A DNA stretch of 64,000 nucleotides from Balanoglossus misakiensis (Eukaryota > Animalia > Hemichordata): positions 11,575,451-11,639,450 of the forward strand of contig CM082585.2 in NCBI GenBank assembly GCA_040954595.2, in the 5' to 3' direction. Position numbers and translations under genes: made by a program. The notes under the pieces were generated by a model that saw only the letters and a program-made list of their open reading frames with translations, was not told the origin of the DNA and ran no database searches. Numbering within the stretch: position 1 is the first letter of the stretch; the number at the start of each line of letters is the position of its first letter. Below are positions 12,140-25,268 of the stretch, piece after piece.

Positions 12140-14828
12140 TTATAACTTGTTTCTGGCCTCGTTGAATGAGTTGATCTGATTATAGGGATATGGTTCTTCA
12201 ACTTGACTTAGTTCATCGAGTAATATCATCTGAAAAAAGGACAAATAAGCATGATACAATGTCTTAGTTGACAAAATGTAAGATGCCCTTATGAAAGTAA
12301 CACCAAACTGTCGAAACGATGGAACCTGACCACACTTCAATCCATTAATGCCAACATCTACTGACACTTTTCTTAATGTGTATCTCATATATCGAGCGAT
12401 GCAATTTTACCACCTCACCTGTTGATTTGTTAGTTCCCACCCACTAGCTGCACCCATGTTGTTGTCTAGTTGTTGTAACGTCTTTGCTCCAATGATGACA
12501 GAAGGAACAGTGTCTTTTTGTAGCAACCAGCGGATTGCAACTTCAGAGAGGGTTTTCCCTGTGTATTGTGATATTACACATTAAAATTAAATATATTTAT
12601 ACATTTCTGATGGACTTCTGGTGGAGTTGGCCGCTTTTTCGTTTTAAAATTGACATGATAACACAATACATGTGTAATGAAAATACAAATATCAGATATA
12701 TAACAGGTAGATGTTTTAAACTCTGAAGAAAAATAACGTGATTGTCTCACCATGCTCATTTCCAATTTTCTCCATTCCTGCCAGTAATTTGTAAACTTGT
12801 GGATTGCCTGAAAACTTAGAGTAGCTAGGGTGACTTTCTTTCTCATATGTTCTGTTTTCCTCGACATATGCGATCCTGCTTCCCGGTGGTGGCGCTTTGC
12901 CTTCTCTGATCTTACCGGTCAACCAACCACTGTCAACGTTGTGTAAGAGAAAATGTTATAGCCAAGAAATACATGTGTATATTTAAAACCAAATACTTGC
13001 AGAAATGCCGTTACTGGTTTCACTGTTCAGTAGTCTTTGACAGTTCCTCAATGTTTTCACAAGTATGAGTGATCTCAATTGCCACTAGATTAGTCCATGA
13101 AATAGTGATTGGTGGGTATGACGAAACATTCATATTTCGAACCTTTTCAATGCACCCCATGGGAACAAAGCTATGCCTTCATTTCTGCAGACATCCATGA
13201 CTTCAAACTCTAATGTTCTACTCAACAAGCTGTATTGCGCCTGCATTCAAAGAAAATATTACAAATGTAGCGTTAACGTTAGTTATGAGTCTAATTGCAG
13301 TACCTTATACATATACTAATTCACTGTGAAAAATGGGTGTCGTATACATGTACCTGGAGGCTTATAAATGGTTCGAGTCCCATTATCTTGCATTCGTAGA
13401 CGATTTTTTGCATTTGCCATCCTGCTACATTACTGGCACCCAGATATCTGACTTTTCCACTTCGGACCAGGTCATCCATCGTCCGTAGAGTTTCTTGGAT
13501 TGGTGTTGCTTTGTCCCAGCAATGAATCTGATGAGAATTGTTGATATCGATCACAAATACATCGCAATATTCGATGGTATGACCAACACGTCCAAAACAT
13601 TTATAATACAACTCTACTGGAACTAGTTGAATCTCTGTGGTCGAACATAAAAAAAAATCAAAGTATGGCACCTTTTCACCATCGTTACAAGAAACCAATG
13701 CTTATAATGTGCAGGTGCTGAAGATTTTTGCAACCCTACCTGGTAGAGATCAATGTAATCTGTCTGTAGTCTTTTTAAACTTTGTTCCACACTCCAACGC
13801 ATGTGTTTCCTTCCTAACCCCGCACCGTTGGGGTCACCTGGTTTTGTTATGTGCCAACATTTTGTTGCGACCACCATGTCTTCTCTGTTTTTTCTCCTCC
13901 GGAACAAACAAACAGTAAAAAAATTGGAAACATTTTTTCCCGACAAAATTTGTGACAGCCCTCATCAGGATCCATACGACATTTAATCGGTGGTTTCCAA
14001 AAGTTCCAGGACTTAAGTTATTTTATTGAAAAAGATTGGTATAAATAGATTTTTACTACGTTATGCACAGAAATAGATTTTTTGTCATAAATAGTTTATA
14101 TTTATACCACCCATTTTCTATTGTTGTACTCTAATCTATTCCTTATCATTTACATTTCGTTTTTCCCTTACACTGATGAGTGGCAAAACTATACACAGGA
14201 CGTTGAAGCATATATGCAAATACGGATGATTAAAACAATCAATTAAAATAATACTTCGCCATCCATGATCCTATATATTTTTCGGACAACCCGTCCTGAT
14301 AAGCATCTGCAGTGTCAATGAAATTGCCGCCATATTCAGCGTATCTATCTAAAATCTGATGAGACAGACGTTCGTCACATTGGCCTGGGCGACCGTGCTT
14401 AAAAGAAAAACACAAAGCAAATTTCTGCGTGAGAGAAGAACTTCTGTGGAAAGAAATATTGTCAATTGTGTTTTCGAGAGTTATTCATGGTGCGATATTT
14501 ACCCAGCGCTTACATTTCTACCGGGCTGTGGAACCTTTTCACATATCATTATTTTATCATTTCATTTCCACATTCATATTTCTTGAGTAAGAATTTTAAA
14601 ACATGTTGGCATGGTGTACTTAAAGGTACTGGTAGTATTGACCTACTTTCTTTAGCAAATATTACGCTGACCTTTCAATTGGGTCGTATGGTAATGGTTA
14701 AAGCAAACATGTACCTTGTCTTCTCCGAATGTCACCGTTCCCAGGCAAATGTTTGACACCTTTAACCCAGAATTGCCAAAATAATTGTACTTCACTCGCG
14801 CAAGCAATCTTGCTGTTGTTCTCACCAT
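12140..14828 (-). CDS. Aldo-keto reductase (YajO/Kv-beta-like branch), multi-exon
   Basis: Exons give [34 protein letters not shown] (catalytic Asp/Tyr), [44 protein letters not shown] and ...[18 protein letters not shown]. Confidence 0.9.
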
Positions 14829-14916
14829 GTCGGCTGCTGACGATTTGGACTGATAGTGATGGACAGGTTATAAAGGGGAAACCACCTTGGTGCATTTATA
14901 AACAAACATCTGTCAA

Positions 14917-14932
14917 CAGCGCCCTCTATTGG
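14917..14932 (-). promoter_or_regulatory. CTCF-like motif upstream of the aldo-keto reductase TATA box
   Basis: Minus strand reads CCAATAGAGGGCGCTG, close to the consensus CCASYAGRKGGCRS. Confidence 0.5.
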
Positions 14933-15027
14933 AGCAACTGTCAGGTGAAACTCTACTGATCAATGAGTCGAGTATGGTTAAACTGAATATACATGTAGAT
15001 GCCGTATCTGTATTGAAATCCATCACA

Positions 15028-15050
15028 GATGATGATGATGATGGTGGTGG

Positions 15051-15098
<48 letters not shown>

Positions 15099-15107
15099 CG
15101 ACGATGG

Positions 15108-15150
<43 letters not shown>
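15028..15150. repeat. (GAT)n microsatellite, about 41 units with a few GGT/GAC variants
   Basis: Directly visible. It produces the spurious poly-D/M/H/I/S ORFs in the ORF track. Confidence 0.97.
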
Positions 15151-16070
15151 AAGTGTGATTTTGACGACCCCACGCCTCTCTTTCGCCGCATGTAGACTTT
15201 TGACCAAAGAAGTAGACTCTGGCACGACTTTTGACCCCACTCATATGTACTTATTTACAAACCATGATATATAGATGCACGTCCATTTTACCCAGCATTT
15301 TGCAGAAAATATATACTATGAGTTTTGCCATCAATATTTGTTCCAAATGTTCCAAATCGAAATTTGGGATTACGCTCTAAAGTATATGTTAGAGACCAGT
15401 GCCCAAGATATACATAGTTATCATCAAAAATGAAAATGACTAAACTTTATGAATTAAATTCATTCATTCTTACGAGTCAAACTTTTATTTTTAACCATAA
15501 ACTTTCATGACCAGGTCCAACTCATGAATGATGAATATGTAAGCTTATAGACCCTATGTACTCCATGTAGAAACCGACCATGCCCTTATGCAAAGCTTAT
15601 TCATATCACGACAACGTTTCTACAGGCTATTGAGAATGTACCATTTCAGGAATTTGCCGTCAGCTTAGGGGACCCGCCTTCCATCCCCTAAATCATACAG
15701 TTTAATGGAAATATGAGAGATCTATTCTCGGTTTGTAACGTTCTCTGTGTCTTGACGTGACGCTAGTGTTTTCACAAAATAAACAAACCGATTGTGAAAG
15801 CCAGCGTGTGTAAGCGGTTGACAGCGTTAATCCTTCAAAGGGGTTATTGTACTCGTCGTAGATGGCGTTCTCATCCTGCGAATGGCTGCAATGTGTCACG
15901 TGACATGGAGCAGTTATTGGCGTGTGGATTTCATAGCTGCTGTGAACGGCAGCTTTGCGCTCAGTTGCCCGGAGAGGAAAGAGAAGAATTAGCGGCCTTA
16001 AAATAGGCCCTAAACTCAACAAGGCCTCACATAATTACACAGATCGGCAGTTAAACACCCCATCTACAAC

Positions 16071-19000
16071 ATGCCGATCTTAGTTTTTCTCGTCGATACC
16101 AGTGCGTCGATGAATCAGCGGACTTATGTTGGGACTACATTATTAGATGTAGCGAAGGGGGCTGTAGAGACCTTTATGAAGGTACGTCATATGCATAATA
16201 AACCCTGTTTTGTCTTTTGTTGACCGTCACTCCACGGACACTTTCCCCGTATTTGTTCAGGGAAAAAACATTGCCGTAAGATTTGATGATATGTTTTACA
16301 CTCTTATGATATATTTTACAGCTTCGAGCCCGCGATCCAGCGAGTAGAGGAGACCGCTACATGCTAGCTTCTTATGATGACCCACCCGCCACAATAAAGG
16401 TAAAACTTCCCTGTCAATTTTGTTTATTTTTCTTCACAGATTTAGAAATTCTATCGCCTGCATGTGCAGACAGAAATGATTTTTTATCAGAAAATTACAT
16501 GCATGCACCAGATAGCGGCACAAATGCGGCAAATTCCGTAATAATCTTAGGAGCGCACGACCACGCTCTACCTGGTCCGTCGGACATCTTGTAAAACTGT
16601 AGTGACGTGAAGTATTGTGGGTATAAGCTACGTAGACATGTCATTTGCATAGCATATGCAAAGTAGGCGATCGAGGGAATGCACATGCATGCTTGGAGTT
16701 GTAAACATTTTATTTCAATCCCTGTGACAGTATGTTTTCAGAAACAAAATATGGTGGAAAGTTACTCAACTGTAGGCCTGGCAGTCGGTTAATTGTTATC
16801 CGAAAACAAATATTTTTTGTCAATTATTGCAAGTAAGATATTAATTTTTTAGTTGTGTGGTTTCGGGTAGAACAGTCAATTTCACCAAGATTTCAGCAAC
16901 CTATCATGCTATTTATTTCTTTTTATGATGATAGGCCGGTTGGAAAGAAAATCATGCAACTTTCATGAACGAGCTGAAAAATTTACAAGCAAATAGTCTG
17001 TCCGGCCTTGGACCGGCCCTCAAACAGACTTTTGATTTGCTGAATGTGAACAGACTACACTCAGGAATCGACAACTATGGTCAGGTTGGTATTGTCAAAC
17101 TTTGTCTCATATTCTGTGGAAAAGAGAAGTAGAGAGTTAGTGTTTCCATGACAATAGATGACCCTTTTTAGAATCATTTGGTAAGGTCATCAGTCTAGAC
17201 TTCCAGTTTCTGCTTAGATCAGATCATAGTCATAACAACTGTTACAATTTCTGCCCGATTTATATTTCAGGGTCGTAATCCGTTTTTTCTGGAACCAGCC
17301 ATGATCATCACATTGACAGATGGTAATAAACTCACCAGTCTCACAGGAACATATGAGGAGGTAGGAATTTACCAGGAACTCTTATTAAAGAAATACAATC
17401 ATCTGTAATTTACAATGTACATATGCTCATATATGGTCAAAGGACACATAAGATCCCAGATCAAGCAAAAGTTTATTCCATTGTTGTTGTGTTTTCCAGT
17501 TGCATCTTCCCATGCACTCATCACCACCAGGAAGTGAACTGACCAAGGAACCTTTCCGATGGGATCAGAGGTTATTTTCCATAGTGCTAAGGATGCCGGC
17601 AGCCCCGTCCCCATATCTTGACCGGAATGCCAACCAGCAACTTCCATGGGCTGAAGATTGTCCTGTCAATGCCATGTGTGACGTCACTGGAGGTGAGAAA
17701 TAACACACATGTGGCATCTTTCAATAAATTGATTTTTTGCTGCTCAGAACAAAATAACAAGAAAATCTATATAAAAAATACAGATGTTCTCAGTTTGAAC
17801 AAGTGTTGTTGTTTTTCTGCTACATATTCACTCTTTGGTTTCTTTTTTCTTTCTCTTTTTCTCTGCCAGGTCGTTCATATGTTGTAAACTGTGTAAAACA
17901 GTTGAATCAGTGTCTCGAGTCATTGACTCAAAAAGTCCAAAGTGGTGTAGTTCTTCATTTTGAACTCTTCGGTTCTGAACCAGCTCCTGTCAATCAAGAA
18001 GGTGGGTAAAAAACAAGATGTGCTTTTTCAGTAGCATTTAATAATCAAGAGGTCAAAAAGTTGCTTGTTTCAAATGTAGGTCAAACAATAAAAAGTTCCA
18101 GGGAATGCAAACTCTTGAAACGTCGTTGAATATTAAACCTCTCCTGCATTGTCCTGGAAAGGCCTGGATAAACCAGTAAATGTTTCCATTTATTTTATGA
18201 ACAGGAAAGACTACACCCGTTGCAAATAACCTTGACAGAAAATCACCTATCGTCATGGAAACAGACAAGCCAGTGAATGGTCCACTCAGTGAAAACAATA
18301 ATCTTGAAAATAACAGAAATAAAGATGAAGGTAAGTCATTTATAGTAAAAGGGTCTGGAATTGTCATCTGTCAGAGTTCTATCACAATAGGAACAGAAAC
18401 CAAAACTGGTGCTGTAAAAGTTAAACTTCCCAGTGACATCATCTTTGAGGTCATGAACTTTTGAACCTAGGGTAGCAGTACATAATATACACACATTGAT
18501 TGGTCATGAGGGTAATCAATCTCACTGCAAAGTATGTTTTATCTTCTCAGTTCCAGGTAAGAACTCTGTCCTGACAAATCATAGCGGGAACAACATCCGG
18601 AATACATCACCAACCACAGCGGCCAGTGCAGCGTGGCAGAGTAGTCATAAACTTATCTATGTCAGACCTAATCCCAAGACAGGTGTTCCGATGGGTCACT
18701 GGCCGATACCGGAATCATTCTGGCCGGATGCTACTGCTCCAACACTGGTAAGTTGATCTGTGTATGTGTACATTGTTGTATCAATAAGACCACACTTATA
18801 CAATTTTACAAAAATTGATGATTCATAACTCGTGACTGGTAATTGTCACCTTTTTATTTCACAGCCTCCCCGAGATGCTCACCCTATTGTACGTTTTGTC
18901 TGCACCGACTGTGAACCCATGATTCTGGAAAATTTGCCGTTTGACAAATATGAACTGGAGCCTTCGCCTCTCACGCAGTTCATTCTTGAAAGAAAAGCAC

Positions 19001-22000
19001 CTCAACTTTGCTGGCAGGTATGGTTGAAATTACAAATCGAGAAAATAGCTGTTGCAATAGAAAATGATATTCAGCTTTTCTCTTAAAGGAAGTACTGGCT
19101 TCTGATTCATGATCATGCTAACTTTTTCACATATTTTTTATTTGCAGGTGTTCGTCAGTAACAGTTGTAAATACAGTGACTTAGGTTACCCGTTTGGTTA
19201 TCTGAAAGCAAGCGTCAGTCTCACTTGTGTCAACTTATTTGTCCTGCCCTATAATTATCCAGTTTTGATATCATTGTTAGGTAAGTGAGATCTTCATATG
19301 CTCTAGTGGCTTTTCATTCAGGAGACTGATGAAAAACTTGTGACGTGAGCTTAATAGATATCGAATGATAATCACATGTATTTATTGTTATTTATTCCCT
19401 GTAGATGAACTTTTCAAAGTACATAAATTAAAGCCAAGTGCAAAATGGAGGCAGACGTTTGATATCTACCTCAAAACAGTACCAAGTTACTATGCTGGGG
19501 TGAGTATTATATTTAGATTGGATAAAAATTCAGCTGGGACTGTGAAACCATCAATTTCATCCATGCAATGTGTGCTATATCAATCCACAATTGGATGTGA
19601 CGTTCAGATGATTTTGGTGCATGAGGAATTCTCTGTGCATGAAATGATCTTTGACTTCATCTCTTTCTTTCTGTGTTGCAGTCACTTCGGACAGCGCTTC
19701 GGCGGATGGGCACACCCAACTTGATCCCAGACAACGTGGAGAACTGCATCGGCTACAGTGTAGTCTCACACCTCAAGAAACTTAAACAGCAGTCCAGAAT
19801 AGAGGCGGACAGACTAGCAGTACAAATAAGCAGTATCAAGAATAAAGGCCAAGAAGGTGCTGTCAAAGTTATACCGAGGTTAGTGATGATTTTGTGTCTA
19901 CGATTGTGGAAATATATGTTTATACTGTATTGAAATGTATCAGTGATATGGAACTGACAAGACTTTCTCTAGTCACCTTGGAAGGTATTGTCTTCTATAG
20001 TACATGTAAATGAAATGACATTTTCTGATTGTTATTGCCTGCACAGGTCACCGTTGCCATCATTAGCCAAACAGAGAGATTTCCAACAGCTACTTCAAAA
20101 CTTCACCGGGGAGACTATTGCCTTGAAGCAAGACCACAATGTCAACGAGTTCCCCAACTTCACTCTGGCCCTGAATAACAAAGATATCAAGCCACAGAGT
20201 TTCAGAAATCCGTTTGATATCCCCAGGAAAGATATATTGGATCAGATCTTCCGTATGAGGACAAATTTTCTGAGAACATCGGCAACGACGCAGCCAAGGT
20301 TTCAAGATGAAGGTGAGATTTCATGCGTACAATCACACGCCGTTCATTGCCCAAGCCACCATAGTTTAGATCAGGCAAGACTTACACAAATGTACACTTT
20401 ATATACATCATGTAATACCAGTGCATACTCTTGTTGTCTTCCATGCAGATCAAAGTCACAGCATACCGGTTGCTGAGATGGGTAATTATCAAGAGTACTT
20501 AAAACGCATGCCAGCGCCGCTACGAGATGCTGATCCAGCACCGGCCAGACTTCACACTTTTGGAAATCCATTCAAGTTGGACGATAAGAACAAGGTGAGT
20601 GAATCAGCCATGATGTGTGGTCATTCTGTAGTAGCTCTTGTAGAGTAAGGAGGAATCTGGTAAACCGGAATCTGTATTCTCTGCAGACATGAGGGTTGTA
20701 CTTAGATATTTTGATAAAAGGAGAAATTATTAGTATAATTATCAATTATTTTTGTTTGACAGAAAATGATGGTTGATGAGGCAGACGTGAACGAGGCCAT
20801 GACAGGACCCCAGGTGCGCAACAAACGCCAGATGGACACACCACCTGGATCTCCTGCACCCAAGCGACAACGTAGCATGTCACCCTCACCACCAAGCAGA
20901 CGACCGCCTCCAAACATGCCGCCTAATTCACCCACCAATCAATATTTTAGGCGATCACCCTCACCCATGCCTCTTGGCAAACCACCGTCTACTTCCCAGC
21001 AAATAGCTATGCAACAAAATAAAGGTTAGTCAGGAGTTTATTCAAGTGATTGCAAGATATTTAAAAAATCTATATGACTGGATCAAATGTAGCGAAATCT
21101 CCCTATACCGTCGTTGCTATGTTTCACATGACCTCTGAACCCTCATGCATCAACATGAAGCAACATTAACATAACATTTGCAATTTTGACAGTGTGTCTC
21201 TTTTAAAATTTCATACATGTTTTGCTCTGATGTCAGCATGAGAACCTCTTTTTTTAAGTCAACTCTCTTGTGGTCAACAGATATGAAGAAATTAGAAAAT
21301 AGTAAACTGATAAAGAATGAAGAGGACCTCCACAATGTGAGAGAAATTCTCAGTCTCGCTTCGCAACAACAGAAACAACTTCAAGAAGCAGAAGAAGACA
21401 TGGATGTGCAAATTGTCAATCATAGCAACGGTGCTGAAGATGAACCAATCACACAGACTCTTACAAAGAAACCCAGTGTGGACAATGTGAGAGGCGAGGA
21501 GCCAATCACAGAGAGTGTTACTGTGACGGGGAAATCGCTGACCAATAATGTGGAGCCTAAGAGGAAGGAAAGCAAGATTGTTGTGACTGATCCAAGGACA
21601 ATTATTGAGAATAATCTGAAATTACGGGATGAAATTGTCAAGGTCATAAGGAGACCAGGAAAAAGTAAGTAATGGCCCCATAAGATAACATTTGCATACT
21701 TATTTGCATAAACATGAATGTGAATATGAGTTATTTGCATACATTTACATATACATGTATTATTTGCCATCTAATCGGATTTCCTCTTTGTATTTTCCCC
21801 CTTAGATCACGCCATCATCTTTGAACATTTGAGCTCAGTGTGTGGTGATGCTCAAATAAAGTACATGTTCATCAACGAGGTCATTCGCGAGGCGACGCGA
21901 TTCAAGAGGAAATCGCTCATACAGCATTTACAGTTGTATCAACAATCAATCAACAAATCGAACCGGACAATGTCTCGTCAGAACAGTGTACTTCCCCACC

Positions 22001-22014
22001 ATTCGCGGAGGTAG
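16071..22014 (+). CDS. INTS6: Integrator complex subunit 6 (vWA domain), multi-exon
   Basis: Starts MPILVFLVDTSASMNQRTYVGTTLLDVAKGAVETFMK. Later exons give AGWKENHATFMNELKNL, GRNPFFLEP, ELTKEPFRWDQRLF, GHWPIPESFWPD, PFDKYELEPSPLTQFILERK, HTFGNPFK and the C-terminal IRRPGK...EATRFKRKSLI. Confidence 0.97.
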
Positions 22015-22898
22015 TAGCTCTTCATGGTTGTACATAGTAGATGGTAGAATGAACTGTGATTCTTTTTTTACCGGAGTAAGTCCACCTTCAAACGAAATGG
22101 TATGTTCCACCATGTGGGGCATTCTATTCTATGTCAAAGGGGAAAGCAGGTTTCAACTGTGTTTGTTTGCAGGATATACACCTTCAAATAATTTTGTTTG
22201 CTCCAGTATGGGGGATATTCATCTTTCTTAGTTTGTGTGCGGATATGCAACTTGCAAGTCAAATCTATCCACTCTGATGAATTGTTGCCACAAAAATCAT
22301 TTCAAAGCAGGATACCCTCGACAATTGTTCAAGTTTTTGTTATCCTAAAGTCTCATTCATAATTTATACATTATGTGGATTGTTTTTGGAACAATCTATG
22401 TCCTGTTTATTGAAACGTAAATCATAAATTATTACAGCTCTACACACAGCCTATGTTGGTGTCACAACGCACATATCCCAGAACGTAATATCTGGGAAGT
22501 ATCACAAGGGTTTCTGAAGACCATGTTGAAATCTGTGTTATTTTTTCCCATGAAGCTAAGTCACAGTTGAACAAGAAGTTTGTGCTGAATGTGCATTTTG
22601 CCACGTACTTAAAAACAGCTACAGCAAACTGACAGAGTTTCAAAAATGCATTGTCCATGTCCAAGTGGTTTGATGGGATCATGAATTGGTTTATAAAGAC
22701 TCACTATTCTCTTGCAGATCTATTTTTCTATCATTGAAAGATTGAGAGCAATTTTTTGTGATGAACTGTGTAACTCGTGGAAAAGTTTGAAAACAGTGTT
22801 GCCAGCAGTAAAATTTAAATGAACATACGAAAAATTGTCTCATTCATTCCGTTAACCACTGGTGGTGCTGTTCACGCCAATGACCAATCTTTGTCATG

Positions 22899-23364
22899 CA
22901 GCGCCCTCTATGTCAGTAGATTGAGGAAATCCTTCTGGATCATAGAAGCCGACTTGCCCCTATTTCTTCAAAAAACACTTGTGTGAACACCCAGGCTACT
23001 TGACAGATTCAGTAAGACTGTAATTTAAAGCAATAAGATTTGTACAAGTGTTTCTGTATTTATAGATTTCCGAACACTCGCATTTTTTTAACTTAAAATG
23101 TGCCCCCAAATAGACAACGGTACAAGTAAAACAAAACTCTGTTTTGCTGTAGCATCATCTGTTAAAGTTTTCATTGTTTGTGTGTATTTCTTTTTAGGTT
23201 ATAGATACTTTTAAAATGTGCTTTCCAAATTGTTCTCAACTTGTGAATAACAACTAAATGTGATTCTTCACATCATATTATGTCATGCGCACTGTCAAGA
23301 CGTTTTCAGTCATCCTCACTTGGGTCATTAGTACAGTCCGGATACAATACTGCCCTCTAGTGCC
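22899..23364 (-). promoter_or_regulatory. Two CTCF-like motifs (22899-22914 and 23348-23364) downstream of the INTS6 stop codon
   Basis: Minus strand reads GACATAGAGGGCGCTG and GGCACTAGAGGGCAGTA. Confidence 0.45.
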
Positions 23365-25268
23365 AGATTCCTGAAATTCATTTGTTTAAATATGTCCGCA
23401 TGGGAAGTTGTTCTCCAATTACTGTGGTGTTTCATGTCAACTTCCATGCCAACACTGCCAGCAATTTTGGCTTGTAATTGTAAATATTGGTAAACATATT
23501 GAATTCCATTTTTGATGCAGAGAGATTTTTGGATTTTTTGGACTGTACATAAAATGACAATTTTTCATATATATATAAATAAATTTATATATATATGTAT
23601 AACCTTCGTGTGATAAACTTTTCTGAGTGTAACAAAGGTGTGCCTGAGTTTAGCATTTTCCAAACTGTAAATATTTTTTTTTGATTTTGTAAAACATGTT
23701 GAAAAGATGCCACAGATGCAATGTATTTATTTACCACACTTTTGTAATAAAAAAAGCGTAGAAAATTGATATGATTGTTTCACATGGATTACCATACATT
23801 GTGTGTGATTGCAGACACGAATACATTATATGGCTAACAGCATCCAGACAACATCTGTGATTTTGGTATGCTAAACAACTCAATCACATCTACCAATCAC
23901 AAGCTTCGCAAAATGACCTGATGAATGGTGAATGACACATTTTGATTGGATAGTTGTCAGCTAGTTCATTTGCCAGATGGTCAGTGAGGTGCCACTTCCA
24001 TCATTCGAGACTCAGTCTTTGACGTACAAGCATCATGGCTGAAAGTAGTGACGACAACGACCTCAGTATTCACCACCAAGAGCGATAGCTGACGCGACGA
24101 CCAAGTGAAAGTCATGACTGACAATAAGGACTGGATTTTCCAAGATTTTGGTAGCCTCATTGAAGATAATGTACATGGAAAGTGACTACGAAAATTGAGG
24201 GTGACTGTTCTCCTGGCTTGCAGCCCCAATTGCACACATCCTCTACAGTAAGTAAATTTTCTATCATTTTTTTCTCAAAATATTTAAATGTAAAGTTATT
24301 CTTTGATTAGGGATTTTTGATTACATGTCAGTAAGGTACTTCAAAGAAGTTCTGGTTCATCGAAAAAAAATTGACACTCAACCAAAACCGTGTGCTAGGT
24401 AAAAATGAAACCCCAGTCAAAGGTCGAGCCCAGGGCAAAGATTACACTGAGACAAAGATGGCCGAACTAAGTATGCGCACCTGGAAGCAGTTCTTCCTGG
24501 TGGAGGCAGCATTTCTTTCAAAATGAACAATGGCTAATCTATTAGTGAGTGAATGTTATGCCAGGTAGAGGGGCACATCTGGATACTCAGTGTAATATCT
24601 CAGGACAAAATTCAAAAGCACACTGTCCCAAGAGAACAAAGTCTGGGCATGTCTGGAATAGTGGTGTTGTAATTCTAATTAATATACATCTTTATTGATA
24701 CCATGGTCAACATTTACATATCAATTGTTACAGTCAGACAGACAAAAATATACAACAACCCAGAACGAAAACTTGACAGATTGCAGGATATGACTCAGCA
24801 AGATCTGTGTGACAGCTCGAGTTACAACCATATGTCATCTTTGCTGAGTGTTTTAAGTACTTATAGTAATATACACAATTACAGAGCACAACAACAATAT
24901 ACAACAGTTGTGAGATGCCACATAGACCGTCATTAAAATCACAAACCTAATGCTAAAAGACACATTGAGATCTAAAGATGACACACTTACATTGATTACT
25001 CCATTCTAATACTTCTCACTGACACAGTTCTGACGTTTACCAAAATGTGCCACACATCTATCATATACAATATTGCTGATAATTCCACATATGAATCTGT
25101 TATATTTTATCAGATTATCACAAATTTCTACACACGATTGTGACATACTGCATTACATTATTGCTTCTAAAACTGTCACAGACTTACGTTCAGCCTCTAA
25201 AGTCTCACTGCTCAACTGATTATCTTTTGCACAGCTCCAGAGCACGACATGATATTCAGGAAACATAC

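Noticed and set aside
14913-15274. ORFs with poly-Asp, poly-His, poly-Ile, poly-Met and poly-Ser
   Set aside because: They are all reading frames of the (GAT)n microsatellite in an intergenic region, with no splice or homology support.
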